DNA of 64,000 nucleotides, taken from contig JAUZTB010000042.1 of NCBI GenBank assembly GCA_034780895.1, positions 20,220,558 to 20,284,557 of the forward strand, written 5' to 3'. Position 1 is the stretch's first letter. The number at the start of each line of letters is the position of its first letter. Below the pieces are notes generated by a model. It was not told the DNA's origin. It was given only the letters and a program-made list of their open reading frames with translations, and searched no databases. Of this stretch, positions 1 through 13,970 are shown one piece after another. The position numbers were made by a program, and so were the translations under genes. Origin of the DNA: Rhynchobatus australiae (Eukaryota).

Positions 1-497
1 GACAACAATTTGTTTCACATATATTACTGAACCAGCCAACCTTGACTATGTGCACAAGGCAAGATGATAGATCAAAAAGATTAAGAGGTTATATTGTGGC
101 ATTTGATTAATGTACTGTATATAATATATTGAATTTGGGTTAATACTTGACAGAAGATCAGTAAGAAGTAGATTTCTGTTATCAGGCAAAATGTTCTTTT
201 ATTCAGTGATAAATGTTTAGAATAATCTACCAAGCATNNNNNNNNNNNNNNNNNNNNNNNTGATATTCATGTTGCAAGGAGACGATATGATGGAAGCTTT
301 AATGAGGCTTAATGGGTCAAATAAATTTTTCCTGACTTGATTCTTTTCATATGAATCTGCAAGCAGCAGCTTTACTATTCCTACATACTGTCCTCGAGGA
401 AAGAAGTAATCTAACAATAAATTGTTTCCTTATTAATTTCTTGGTACTTGTCATTTTTGCAAATTTGTAATGTACTGATTTGCATCTGCTTTTTTAG

Positions 498-604
498 AAT
501 TCAGTAACTGGAGGAAACAGTCACACGGACAAAGGAACAAAGTACCTGGTGTTGATCGGGACTTGGAGTACTATAACCAAAGAAAAGATGATGCAGTAAA
601 TGAG
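498..604 (+). CDS. B4GALNT3: B4GALNT3-like coding exon (equivalent to human exon 2; lumenal stem just after the TM segment)
   Basis: Acceptor tttttag|AA and donor GAG|gtaatc; phase 1 to phase 0. Reads FSNWRKQSHGQRNKVPGVDRDLEYYNQRKDDAVNE, resembling human [30 protein letters not shown] as recalled. Confidence 0.8.
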
Positions 605-1724
605 GTAATCTTGTGGTAATTAATTATTTTTGTTGTTGAATTTATTTTGTTTTTTTTTACAGCTGCTCTACCTTCCACAGATATTAATGAGAAAAAAATT
701 AATGTAACCAGAAAAGAGGGCACCTCCAAGGTGCTTGCGTTTTGCTTCCTCTGAGGTTACATTGAAAACTGTCTCATTCGGCAGTTGTAATCTCTGGAGG
801 TGCAACATCACCTTGTTTGTCTTGCAGCTTTGTATGTTAAAAGCAGCAGCTGAAGCATTAGTCTGTTTTTTCCTGGTTAGAACAATGTTTTGAAATTTCT
901 GTTAAGTGTCTTGGAATTACATCTGTTTATGGCTTTGAATGAAAATATTTCTTTAGGTTTCCATTATTACCTGATGGATGATTAACTAAAAAGGTTCATT
1001 TCATGGCCTTATGTTTTGGTTTTTGCTAGTTGAAGAGTTGCCAGCAGCCCTCCTGTATCACATCCAAGTGCTAAGCTTTCATGTATTATTTTATTAATGA
1101 ATGGCCCACTCTGCCTGTATCCTCATTGATATCTCCATATGCATTTTACGTGGGCAGGAGCCAGTGTACACACAGCAGCCTGCTGTCTCAGCTTCCTTTT
1201 CTCCAGGAATTTATAACCTCTAATGGACAATACAACTTTGGTGATGTAATTCAGCATAGATTGATCCCAAACTATGTAATCTATTGAACAACCTTTAATG
1301 GAGTTTCAGTGCTATCACCACTGGGAAATAATCAATAGATTAGTTTTCCTCGTTATGATTTTCCTTTTAGATCAGTAAAGCAACAGTTTTAAACAATAAG
1401 TTAAGAAATGGGAATATTGCTCAGCAAATTTATATTTGAGATTTAGAGTCTTCAATTGATTTCTTGCTTGGATACCATAAGGGTCCTTAGAAGAATACAA
1501 AAAGAGTTTTCAGCTTTTTAAGTTTCTTACTTGATGAGCTACCAGGCTCAATTGTGCAGCTTTGGAAGTAGAAAAAGAAAATAAAACTGCCCGCTTTTCT
1601 GTTTTGAAGATATTCTGTTTATGTGTTTTGCTATAGGGAACCGTTATACATGCTGAGATATCTGACATTGTCAGGATGTTTAACTTTCAGTGCACCTTGT
1701 TCTGTTCTTTTCCTGGTCTCTACT

Positions 1725-2345
1725 AACCCCCCTCCTCCCCTCCCCCACTGCGGCGCTCCCTCCGTGGTCACCAGACCGGCTGTGCGGAGCCCGTCTCCTC
1801 AGCGACCTTTAACCCGAAACCCTCGCTGTCACTGTCGACCTGTCAATCATTAGCCCGGCGACACCGAGCTGGGACAGGAGTGCCGGATTCCGCCAATCGC
1901 TCGGCGGAACAAACCCCCGGCAACAAACCAACACACGGGCCCCTGGGGGAGCTCAGCGGGTCAGGTCAGGCAGAGGCTGAGGAGGGAGATGGACAGCTGA
2001 CGTTTCCAGTCAGCACCCTTGTGACAGGGGGGGGGAGGTTTCTGGCCTGACGCATCAACTCTCGTTCTCCCACACACACTGCCTGATCTGCTGAGGTGGT
2101 TCCTGCATTTAGATCTTCAGCCTCTGTCCATTTGAACAATATTCTGCCTTTTGGGTCTGTTCACCTCATGCTGCACCCAGTTGACACGACCGACTTAAAT
2201 TGCACCATCTCTGGCGCAGACCAGCCAGTGCTGACACAAGAAATCGCCTTCACTGGTTGCATCAAAGCACCGCGCATTCCCCGAGACAGGGAGGGGTGTA
2301 GGGGAGGGAGGGGGTGACGGAGACAGGGAAGAATGTAGGGGAGGN
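1725..2345. promoter_or_regulatory. CpG-island-like GC-rich segment in an early B4GALNT3 intron
   Basis: Dense CpGs over about 1750-1960, CCAAT at 1893-1897, sharp contrast with AT-rich flanks. Confidence 0.5.
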
Positions 2346-2444
2346 NNNNNNNNNNNNNNNNNNNNNNNNNNNNNNNNNNNNNNNNNNNNNNNNNNNNNNN
2401 NNNNNNNNNNNNNNNNNNNNNNNNNNNNNNNNNNNNNNNNNNNN

Positions 2445-2660
2445 GTCCCTCTTTCCCCCCCTTCCCTGACAAGCCTCCCTCTTTTCCCTCTCCCAACCTC
2501 CTCCCCTCATTTCCCCCCTCCCCCCCTCATTTCCCCCCTCCCCCAAGCCGACCAGCTTCTCAGGATCCATACTGCCCACCTCCTCTCTCCAACCCACCCT
2601 CACCTCTCTTGTTATTTTACCTCTTCCCCCACTGCCCACCTCTCTCCACCCACCCCTCAC
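2445..2660. repeat. C-rich low-complexity tract (G-rich on the minus strand)
   Basis: Repeated CCCCTC and CTCATTTCCCCCCTCCCCC units, and a duplicated ACTGCCCACCT..CTCT motif. Confidence 0.75.
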
Positions 2661-5600
2661 AAGGTCGCTCCCTGTCAGTTAATGTCAAAGAGGTGCAAAA
2701 GTAATTAATTAGGATGGCATCAGGAATAAGAGATTCAACTGTGTGAAGAGATGGAAAAGCTGTGATGGTTCTCCTAAAACAGAGAAAATTGGATAGGAGT
2801 CGTCAAATGGATGAAGAGTTTTAATGTTGTAATTGAGGAGAATTTGTTTTCAGTGACTGAAGCGATGTAACCATAAGTACATACTTAAGGTGATTAGCAA
2901 ACAACACAGGTAACATGAGCAAATTTATTTTATAGAATGGGTTGTGTTCCATTGTCCGAAATGGAAGCAGATTCAGCAGTTTTATATGTAAAGGAATTAA
3001 ATTTTTGAAGGATCTAGGACTTTGGGGAAAGGACAAGAAAATGGAATAAATTGCTCATCCACTAAAGAGATGGCACAGGCAGAGTGGGCAGAATGGCCTG
3101 CTTCAGTGCTGATTAATTTTGCAGTTGTTATTAAATCACCAAGTAATTCCACAGTAAGCTAAGAGCAAACTGAGCATCTCGACTGAAAATAAATTGACTC
3201 TTCTTCTTCAGCAGAGAACCTTGCATTTTTTTCTATTTCTGGTTCTATTGACTTGGATTTTCCACATTTGTGGTTCTTGGCACATCTTTTGCTGGGAGGA
3301 AATTCCATATGCCACATAGATCCACTGCGACTTTTTTCAATGTGGTCAATGTCACTGAAATTTTGAAATGAACTGACTGTCCATGGACTTCTATGATGTG
3401 TGAAATAAATACGTATTTTTTAAAGAAATCATTAAAAAGTATTGCAGCTCATATTTACTTTCTGAATACTTCAACAATCAGACTCTAGAGATTCAGCTCC
3501 ATGTTTCTACAGCACAAACATTGGGAAATGTCTTTTCCTGTCAAATATGAGAATATATTCGGCCAGATGTATTTGCTTAATGAAACATCATATCCACCAA
3601 AGAAATGCCTGATGTAATGGGATTATTGGTTAGATATTGTTCTGGCATAAATACAGTGAAAAATAATAAGGCCAAGCCATAGGTCTTTAAGTACAAAAGG
3701 AGGCCATTCAGCCCATCAAGTCCATTCAGTCCTGCAAAAAAAGGTGATTTAATTTAATCCCATGCTGTGGATTTTGTTCAATAGCCCTGGAGGTTATTTC
3801 TTCTTTTTGAATTGCCTGATGATTAGTAATGAATCTGATTTCTCTATTTAGGTAATGCATTCCAGTTCTTAATCTGTAAAGACATTTCTCCTACTTTTCC
3901 TCCATTTGTTAATCTCTCTTAATGAACCAAAGTACAACTACTGCTTTGGCACATCTCTCAAATCTGAACAGGACTGATAGATAATGCTTCTGAACATAAT
4001 TTACCTGCACTTTGGCATCCCACTGCAGCATGGTTACCTTACAGTTGATCAGGTCATGGAAATATCTGGTCATTTAATAAATGTAAAAGTGTATCCTCAA
4101 TGGTGCATTGCCTCCCTCATGCACAATAAAGGACGTTAGTGGATGTGGATCATTCTGTGAGGTAAAGGGGAAGAAACAACAGGAAGTAATGATGCATGTT
4201 AGAAGCAGTGTTTGAATTGGAAACAGGCATGGGTTCTACAGGCAGAGTTTAAGGAGCAGGAAACAACATTTAAGAACAGAATCTAGTGATTGCTGCCAGG
4301 GCCACATGGTTATGAATACTAGAGTAGGTGAATGATTGACTGCAGGAATTCTGCAGCAGGGAGGACTTGAGATTCTTGGAGGAGAAGGGACCTGTACAAC
4401 CAGTTCTTGAACTGGACAAGAAATTGAAAGCAAAAAGGATAATGAAACATGAGTAATTGTGGTGAGAGTAATGTGCTGGAGTAAGGATTTAACTTAACCT
4501 GGCTGGGCAAAGGACAGCAAAGAGAGACAAGGTGGTTATAAACTTGGATGACTCTGTCACAATGTTGAGCAAAGAGCAAGCTCACAGAGAACCCAAGTGC
4601 AGCACACAGGTACAAGACTGGAGTCAGGATACTTCCTCAGGACCAAACACAGGCAGCAACTGGAAGGAATCTTGNNNNNNNNNNNNNNNNNNNNNNNNNN
4701 NNNNNNNNNNNNNNNNNNNNNNNNNNNNNNNNNNNNNNNNNNNNNNNNNNNNNNNNNNNNNNNNNNNNNNNNNNNNNNNNNNNNNNNNNNNNNNNNNNNN
4801 NNNNNNNNNNNNNNNNNNNNNNNNNNNNNNNNNNNNNNNNNNNNNNNNNNNNNNNNNNNNNNNNNNNNNNNNNNNNNNNNNNNNNNNNNNNNNNNNNNNN
4901 NNNNNNNNNNNNNNNNNNNNNNNNNNNNNNNNNNNNNNNNNNNNNNNNNNNNNNNNNNNNNNNNNNNNNNNNNNNNNNNNNNNNNNNNNNNNNNNNNNNN
5001 NNNNNNNNNNNNNNNNNNNNNNNNNNNNNNNNNNNNNNNNNNNNNNNNNNNNNNNNNNNNNNNNNNNNNNNNNNNNNAGTAGCAATTGCAGCATTTCAAA
5101 TATACTTTAGTGAACAATCAAATGGCATCACTGTCAGCAGTAATTTAAAAGTAAAATATGGAATTTCAACAATAATTGTTTATGTTGCTCAAGTAATATG
5201 CTTACATGTCCAGAATTACTTTTGCAGACAAAGTACATCGGAAACTAAGTCTGAGTGTGTTCTTCCAAGCATTCACAAAATATACTTGAGAAAATATACA
5301 TAATTTCTCCAAAGTCAAACTGGAACCAACTCTTAGCTTTGCCTCTATAATTTCCTTTTTACTCCCTTACACTAAGTTAATTTTCTAGATGCACAGCATC
5401 CTCTCTTTGTGGCTATTAGCTACTCAGATGTAGGAGGGCTTCGTTCACTGAAAGTTTTGTCCGCTCATTTGGAATGAATCTGCCAGTTCCACTTTCCATT
5501 GACTGTGTTACTATTGTTTATTTTCATGAATGAAAGGAAGAAAAGTCTACAATTAACTTTCTCTTAAAGATTGCATATAGAAATGCTTAGTGTGTTCAAC

Positions 5601-6269
5601 TGTGGTGCCAGATGTGCTGATTCCTTGGTTTTTTCATTGTTTTGTTGGTCCAGATATTATCCTGTTCTTAATTACTCTACACATTTTTAAAAAGTTGAAA
5701 AGCACTTCCTTTTGAAGCTCTAAATCTGGATTGAAAAGTATAAATTGATTGTAATTCAAAATCTCTAATCAATGTATTGTCAAAGAAAAGTCAATTTTTA
5801 TAAAAACCATATCATATCGTTCTCTTTTTATCATGCTTTTCTGTTAGCTGTTGAGTAATTTTGTTTTGCTTGCATTGTTGGACAGAGACTTACAAATGTT
5901 CTTCAACCAAATAATTTCAAAGAAGTTAAATGCAGATTGCTTAAATCAATATTAACTTGCCCATTTCAAGTAATTGCATTAATTTTCCTATTCTGAACAA
6001 TAGAAATACTATGTTCAGTTGCTGTGAGCTGTTCTCAAAGGAGGTTAGAACAGCAGTGTATACTCTATAACATTGCTCAACCTGATGGATTGTGATAAAG
6101 AGGTAATCTCCACCCATGATTCCTCACTGGAATTCTAATTCAACAAAATTTTTATTTAAAAAAATCAAGCAAAATATGCATTCTACCCCAATAAAATTAA
6201 AACTATCTGGTTTGTTTTCTGATTTTTAAAGAATATTTTTTAAATTAATGAGTGCGTCTTCCATGAAGA

Positions 6270-6720
6270 AAGAAACAAACCTGCACTCACAAAGCACATT
6301 TTAAATGATATACTAAAGCATTTGCAGCAATTAATAACCTGGATGTGTAATTACTCTTGGAATCTGAGGAAATGAAGCTATTAGTTTGTGCAAAGCAGAT
6401 CTGCAGAGGCAGTAAGAAAATAAATATCCCATAAATTTGCTTTTAGTGATGTTGGTTGGATGAACGCTGGCTATGACATTGGGAGATTTCTCCAATCTAG
6501 TATGAATAGTATTGTGGGATATCTTATGTTCACTTGTGAGAACAAGTAGTGTCTTAGTTTTTAATGTCTCCTCTGAAAGATGGTACTGTGGGTGTAAGGC
6601 ATAGTCATAGTTGCTCCAAATCATCAGCTTGGATTTCTGTGTTCTTCTGCGGAGGCTCAAACCCACTACTTTAACTTATTGACGGTTGTGTGCCTGCTGA
6701 GCCAAAGCTGATGCCTGGAA
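6270..6720 (-). mobile_element. DeuSINE/SacSINE1-like SINE remnant
   Basis: Reverse-orientation Deu-domain-like core (gggatatcttatgttcac...gttttaatgtctcctctgaaagatggtac). Related remnants near 19270-19460, 26975-27480, 47490-47760 (+) and 49190-49340. Confidence 0.55.
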
Positions 6721-8284
6721 CAGTCGATAATATTTTCCAACTTTTTCACTGCAACACAAGCACAATAGTGATTTGCCCTTTGTTGTGATGCATCAACCGA
6801 CATACTGTGTGTAACACATCTGAAGGGAGGTAAAAGACTTGCATTTTATTGATGTTAAGAAGGATCTCTCTCATACCACTTTTTTGTTTTTAAAAAAAGA
6901 TCGTATAAAATCCAAGTCGCTTGTTCTCATATTAGGTTTCCAGTCCTTGCCCTAAAGTTTAATTTCTTAATGGTATCTGCAGTAACCAACACCCAGGACA
7001 GGCAATTGCCCATTTGCAGTTGTCTGGTTCTAATTGACTTTACCTATTATTTCTAGCCAATTAAAAGCTTTAAATATCCTGTCACACCTGAGAAGTAGGG
7101 TTGTCACAGTGAATATTATTACTGTTTTCTCATAATGGCAAATCTATAAATTGTTCCAATTCAAAATATTTATAAAATTACATTTAAAAATTGTAACAGA
7201 TAGCCTTTCACTATGGCGCAGTGTTCTTCATTCCATTGACTTTTTTAAAAAAAATAGTCTTATTCCTTCAATTAAAATTTAAATCCAGCGTAGATGTTTA
7301 AAGTATATTCTTGGCACCTCTATTTGTATAATGAGTAAAAGACATCTCATTGTTACAAGTAAGGGTCTGGATTTATTATGCAGTTGTTGCTTTGGTAATG
7401 GACCATGTCTTCAACAGTTCCCTTTTGGTTTTGCCATTAACAGTGACTCTTCTTAGATTGTCTCACGTAACTACATAGGATAGGTTTACAGGGATAAAAA
7501 TGTTGGCCGTTGAATTACTGCTACAGGAAATTTGGAAAACCAGTTAAAGGGCTACACACCTTGGTGAATGCTAGTACATTGGTCGTACTGAAAGAACTAT
7601 TGAAGGAAGAGCATCCTCAGACATTTGACAGTAGTAGGGTCTCTTGGATTTTCTGAAGCATTCCTGAATATTCTAGTGATTGAAGTGAGGAGTAAAATGG
7701 AAGGACTCCTGGCAACCTAGAACAGGAAACTCCTTTAGGCACTGGCACTAATATTATGGAGCTAGGTGGCAGAGGATGTCAGCACAAGCTGCAGAACTAA
7801 TTCGTACACTGCAGGGAAGGTTTAATGAGTTGAAAGTATCATCCAGAGTATGTGAAGATATTGTTATTTGTTCAAGTGGTAAGAGTGATTAAATCATTGC
7901 TTCTCTTCATCTATAATACCCTCTGATTTGCCATTAGGCTGAAATTAAACCTCCAGTCCATGAAAACAGCAGCATATCCTGCTGACTTCTTACTGCTGGT
8001 TTAACTCTTGGCATCAATACTTCTGAAAGCCAAAGGTTGGTACTGCTGCAGGGTTTTGTTCTTTTCTTCACTCTGGATTCTGACTGCAGAGGATGTACTC
8101 AATTGGTGGTCAATTATCCTGATGCATAATCTTAAGTAAGCAAGACTGAAAAGGTGGTTAGAGCATTATAATAACTTTGTAGGTAATACACATGATCCTG
8201 AATGTTGACAAAGGCATTGATGGAACTGTCATATGGTGCTTTAAAGCTCGTGTCCCATAATTCCGGCTCCTTACAAAAACCTAC

Positions 8285-10266
8285 AAGTCATGGTACAAGG
8301 ATGGTAGAGTGAAGGAACCATGGTTGACACGAGATGTAGAATATCTTATCAAGAGGAAGAATGAAGCTTACCTAAGGCTTAGAAAGCATGGATCAGACAG
8401 GGCTCTGGAAAGTTACAAGGTGGCTAAGAGGGAGCTTAAGAATGGACTTAGGAGAGCTAGAAGGGGGCATTAGAAGTCCTTGGCGAGTAGGATCAAGGAA
8501 ACCCCCAAGGTGTTCTACACGTATGTGAAGAATAAGAGGATGACTAGAATGAGGGTAGGACCGATCAGGGATAAAAGAGGAAACCTGTGCCTGGAGTCAG
8601 AAGAGGTAGGGGAGGTCCTTAATGAATACTTTGCTTCAGTATTCACCAGAGAGAGACCATGACTTTTGTGAGGATGGCATATGACAGACTGATATGCTAG
8701 GGCATGTCGACGTGAGGAAAGAGGATGTGCTGGAACTCTTGAAAAACATTAGGATAGATAAGTCACTGGGGCCGGACGGGATATATCCAAGGTTATTACA
8801 GGAAGTGAGGGAATAGATTGCTGCACCTTTAGTGATGATCTTTGCATCCTCACTGGCCACAAGAGTAGTGCCAGGTGATTGGAGGGTGGCAAATGTTGTT
8901 CCTTTATTTAAGAAAGGGAGTAGAGATAACCCTGGGAATTACAGACCAGTGAGTCTTACTTCAGTGGTGGGCAAGTTACTGGAGAAGATTCTTAGAGACA
9001 GGATTTATGGGCATTTGGAGAAGCATAGGCTGATTAGAGACAGTTAGTATGGCTTTGTGAGGGGCAGGTCATGCCTCATGAGCCTGATTTGAATTCTTTG
9101 AGGATGTGACAAAGCCCATTGATGAAGGTAGAGCAGTGGATGTGGTGTACATGGATTTTAGTGAGGTGTTTGTTAAGGTTCCTCATGGAAGGATCATTCA
9201 GAAAGTCAGGAGGCTTGGGATCCAGGGAAACTTGGCTGTGTGGATTCTGAATTGGCTCGCCCATAGAAGACAGAGGGTGGTGGTAGATGGAACGTATTCT
9301 GCCTGGAGGTCAGTGACCAGTGGTGTTCTGCAGGGACCCCTGCTCTTTGTGACTTTTATAAATGACTTTGAGGATGTGGAAGGGTTGGTCTGTAAGTTTG
9401 CTGATGATACTAAGGTTGGTTGTGTTGTAGACAGTGTAGAAGGTTGCTGTAGATGCCAACAGGATATTGATAGAATGCAGACCTGGGCTGAGAAGTGGCA
9501 GATGGAGTTCAACCCAGAAAAGTGTGAAGCGAAACACTTCAGGAGATCAAATTTGAAGGCAGAATACAAGGGTAATGGCGAGACTCTGAGCAATGTGGAG
9601 GAACAGAGGGGTCTTGGGGTCCATGTCCATAGATTTCTCAAGGTTGTCACACAGGTCGATAGGGTTGTTAAGGCATCTGGAGTTTTGGCCTTCATTAGTC
9701 GGGTTATTGAGTTCACAAGCCGCAAGATGATGTTGCAGCTCTATGGAACTCTGGTTAGACCACAGTTAGAGTATTGCATTCAGTTCTGATCGCCTCATTA
9801 TTGGAAAAATGTGGAAGCTTTAGAAAGGGTGCAGAGGAAAATTACCAGGATGCAGCCTGGATTGGAGAGCATGTCTTATGAGGATAGGTTGAGCAATCAA
9901 TTTCTCTTTGGAGAGAAGGAGGATGAGAGGTGTACAAGATGATAAGGGACATAGATCGAGTGGACAGTGCGCAAATGGCTAACACAAGGGGCCATAATTT
10001 TAAGATGATTGGAGTAAGGTATAAGGGGGATGTCAGAGGTAGGTTTCTTAATACAGAAAGTCGTGGGTGCGTGGAACGCACTGCCTCCAGAGATAGTAGG
10101 GGCAGATACCCTAGGGATATTTAAGAGACTCTTAGATAGCCATGTGAATGATATAGAAATGGAGGGCTATGTGAGAGGGAAGGGTTAGATAGATTTTAGA
10201 GCAGGATAAAATGTTGGCAGAACATTGTGGGCCGAAGGGTCCATACTGTGCTGTTATGTTCTATGT
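8285..10266 (+). mobile_element. CR1-clade LINE, 5'-truncated, degenerate ORF2 reverse transcriptase
   Basis: ORF pieces ANVVPLFKKG..DNPGNYRPVSLTSVVGKLLEKI, VDVVYMDFS, KFADDTK and LVRPQLEYCIQF; in-frame stops and frameshifts; ends in a tgttatgttctatg tail. Confidence 0.93.
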
Positions 10267-10267
10267 T

Positions 10268-10840
10268 TATAAAACCTTAGGCCGCATCTGGAGTATTGCA
10301 TTCAGTTCTGGTCACCCCATTATAGGAAGGATGATGAGGCTTTGGAGAGGGTGCAGAAAAGGTTTACTAAGATGCTGCCTGGATAAGAGGGCAGATGCTA
10401 TGATGATAGGTTGGACAATTTGGGTTCTAATCTCCGGAGTGATAGAAGGTGAGGGGAGATCTGATCGAGGTTTATAAGATTATGAGAGGCATAGATAGAG
10501 AAGATAGCCAGTACCTTTTTCCCAGGGTTGAAATGTTTAATACCAGAGGCGATGCATTTAAGGTGATGGGGGTAAGTTCAAAGGAGATGTATGGGACAAG
10601 TTCTTCTACACAGAGAGTGGTAGATGCCTGGAATGTGCTGCCTGGAGTGGTGGTGGACGCAAATATGATAGGGGTGTTCAAGAAGCTCCTAGGCACATGA
10701 ATGTGAGGGAAATGGTAGGATATGGACATTGGGTAGGCAGGAGAGATTAGTTGGGCATTTTATTACTCATATAATTGGTTCAGCACAAAATCCTGGGCCG
10801 AAGGGCTTGTTCCTGTGCTGTACTGTTCTACGTTCTATTT
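10268..10840 (+). mobile_element. Second CR1 3' fragment in tandem
   Basis: RPHLEY/RGDLIEVYKIMRGIDR-type C-terminal motifs, followed by 3' UTR and a tgtactgttcta tail. Confidence 0.85.
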
Positions 10841-11465
10841 CTATAACATGAAATTTAAAATTATGTTTCAATTTCTGACTTGAAATTATGTTTTCAGTTG
10901 ATCGTTCAGTGTTTCTGATTCTGATCAAAGTCCAATGATAATTCCCACCTCAGCCTTCCTCCCCAACCCCACCTCCCCTCCCACTCATTCTTCTTCATGT
11001 AGATAGTGAGTATTGTAATTTCTCCAAGGGAGTTAGTGAATTAACCAAGGTTGCTTTCATGCAGGAGCTAATTGATTAATCACTTTAATAAAAGCCAAAA
11101 TGCTTACAATAAGATGAAAATAATCTTCTCACAAATACATTTTTTATACGTTAGAATCACATTATGCAATTTCAGTGGCAAAGAGAGTGTTGGGGAAGTA
11201 CATTGGAAAAACTTAACATTATGTCTATGACATGTAAACTTCTGATGACTGAAGGTCCTGCCACTCATTGTGTATTACCTGGTCTGGTTTAACTTCCTGG
11301 AATGCATCACTTCACACTTGTCTGAGTTAAATTCCATTTACCATTCCCTTGCCCACTTTCCTGGTNNNNNNNNNNNNNNNNNNNNNNNNNNNNNNNNNNN
11401 NNNNNNNNNNNNNNNNNNNNNNNNNNNNNNNNNNNNNNNNNNNNNNNNNNNNNNNNNNNNNNNNN

Positions 11466-11600
11466 GGTTTCCTCCAGGTGCTCCAGTTTCCTCCCACATT
11501 CCAAAGACGTATGGGTAGGTTAATTTGGGGTTTAAAATGGGCGGCGCGAATTTGTTGGGCCAGAAGGACCTTGTTACCACGCTATAAATTTTAAAAAAGA
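11466..11600 (+). mobile_element. HE1/V-SINE-type elasmobranch SINE (partial, follows an N-gap)
   Basis: ggtttcctccaggtgctccagtttcctcccacattccaaagac is the V-SINE core. Confidence 0.75.
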
Positions 11601-12569
11601 ATGTTGGCATAACATTGTGGGCGGAAGGGCCTGTACTGTGCTGTAGTGTTCTATGTTGTTTGCACGTTCTCTTGTACCAAGTTCTATTGAGCCAATAATA
11701 AACTATAGTGTCTACTAGAAAATACTGGTGAACCTTATTATACCTTGGTAAACCAATCCTTGGAAAGATCCTCTCGGAAAAAGAATCGCAGCATTGGTCA
11801 TGCAGATAAATTCAAAAGTGGACTGGAGTTTACCACCACTAACTGATGTGTATCCAGTTTGTAGGAAAGAACAAAATCTCTTGACAAATTGAATATCTTA
11901 AAAATCTTTTTAATTGCCATGAGCACCACCATGAGAGAATTTCTGGTGTAGCTAATAAAGCTATCAAAGCATTTCCATCTCAATTTAAATACAAATGTCA
12001 GTTCTAAAATGAGATTTTCAGAAATAATTTTCAGAATCTGTCAGTTTAGCAATTCTGATTTCCTCAAATTTTTCACTCTTGTCACCACTCGTCAGGATGA
12101 AAACTCGGTTATCATGTTACCATACTAATTTGATAATGGTTCATGAAGATGTTGCTTTCAATCCAAAATAAATATTACAATTTATGTAACAAACTTATCT
12201 AAAAAATAAAATCACTAAAATTCTTAAGGCAGTTTTTCGTTTAGTTTTTCTCTTTCCTTAATCTAGCTGTCCATTGTGTAATGGTTGCTGTTCATTGACT
12301 GCAATTACAGATGTATTTGAATGAGTATGTAAAGTATGTCATATGTATTGTACTTTTGGATGAGGTTCTGAATTTGTAATATGGGATCGGACCAAAGAGT
12401 GTGCTTAGATCTTTTGTTCTGCAAGCTCATTATCGCACTGGAGTAATTGACTTCTAATGCCAGCAGGGAGGATTAGATATCATTCTTTACGTTCAAAACT
12501 AAACAGAGTTAATAGCCATTTATCTGTAACATCACAATCAGCTGTTCTCTAACGTTCAGTAAGATACCA

Positions 12570-13970
12570 AGAACACAAGAAAATAGAAGCAGGACTGGGC
12601 CACCTGGCTTTGCCATTCAATATGATCATGGCTGATCTACCTCAGGCCTTGGCTCCTCCCTTGTGGCAGATTCCCTTAGCCCTCAATCATCCAATCGTAT
12701 TTTCCTCCACTCAAGAGCTCCTGATGAGCTAGCCTCCACAACACTCTGGGATAGAGAATTCCAGAGATTCACTACCCTTTGCAAGAAGAAAAGTCTACGT
12801 TCCTTTGTGTTAAATGACTAGCCTCTTACTTTGAAACCATGTTCACTTGTTTGAAACTCTACCACTTGTTCAGTTGTTTGAAACATTTTGAAAACATCTA
12901 CCCTGTCATGCCCTCTTAGGAGCTCATCTTTCATTAAGATCATCCTTCATTCTTCTAAATTCCAAAGAACACAGACCCAACCTGTTTAGTCTTCTTGATA
13001 GGACAATCCTCTTATCCCATGATTGAGCGTAGTGAATCTGTTTTAGACTGCCTCCAATGCTGCTGTATCCCTCCTTGGGTAAAGGGACCAGAACTGTGCA
13101 CAGTTGTCCAGGTGTGGCTTCACCAGCACCTTGTACCATTGGGAAAAAATATTCCCTGTTTCTGAACTCCAATCCCTTTGCAATAAACCCCAATATGCCT
13201 TTTGCTGCACCTGCCTAGTAAGGTTTTATGATTCATGAACACAATATCAAGATCCTTCTGACCTTCACTCACTTGCAATCTCTTCTATTTAGATAATGAT
13301 CAGAATCAGGTTCATTATCACTGACATATGTTGTAAAATTGTTGTCTTATAGCAGCAGCACATAAAAGTTACCATAAGTTACAAAAATAAATAAATAGTG
13401 CAAAAGAGGAATAATGAGGCAGTGTCCATGGATTCATGGACTGTTCAGAAATCTGATGGCAGAGGAGAAGAAGCGGTTCCTGAAATGTTGAGTGTGGGTC
13501 TTTAAGCTCCTGTACCTCCTCCCCAATGGTAGTGATGTGAAGGGGGCATGTCCCAGGTGGTGAGGGTCCTTAATGATGAATAATGCCTTCTTGAGACCTC
13601 TTCTTGAAAAGGTTCTTGATGGCTGGGAGAGTTGTGTGTGATGGAGCTGGCAGAGTCAACAACCCTCTGCAGCCTCTTTCGATCATGTGCATCGGAGCCT
13701 CCATACCAGACAGTGATGCAACCAATTAGAATGCTCTCTGTTGTACATAGAAATTTGCAAGTCTTTGGTGATCTACCTTTTGATTTCTCTGTGGACATCT
13801 GCCTTTTGACCTGCTGAGTTCTTCCAGCATTTTGTGTGTATTGCTCCAGATTTCCAGCAATTGCAGTCTCTCTTGTATCTTCATTTTGATTTCTCTTACC
13901 TAAGTGCATGACCTCACCATTTCCCACAGTAAACTCCTTTTGCTAAGTTTCACCCACCCACTCAATTTGT
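12570..13970 (-). mobile_element. Old CR1 3' fragment interrupted by nested Rex1 and Penelope-derived insertions
   Basis: Minus-strand ORF GFIAKGLEFRNRE...RLGLCSLEFRRMKDDL; CR1 sequence resumes after about 13885. Confidence 0.7.
13300..13778 (-). mobile_element. Rex1/Babar-clade LINE 3' fragment
   Basis: ESILIGCITVWYGGSDAHDRKRLQRVVDSASSIT; the 3' tail reads cagaatcagg on the + strand. Confidence 0.85.

Noticed and set aside
4532-5117. Long ORFs across N-runs (also near 43657-44324, 55490-55930 and 61807-62404)
   Set aside because: Their length comes from Ns being translated as X.
9106-9789. 227-aa reverse transcriptase ORF as an active element or domesticated gene
   Set aside because: It is part of a 5'-truncated CR1 with flanking stops, frameshifts and a deletion in the GVPQGSVLGP motif.
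11719-11846. Possible + strand terminal exon (NTGEPYYTLVNQSLERSSRKKNRSIGHADKFKSGLEFTTTN-stop) with a downstream AATAAA
   Set aside because: No pyrimidine tract at the acceptor, phase 1 is incompatible with the preceding B4GALNT3 exon (ends phase 0), and I recognise no homology.
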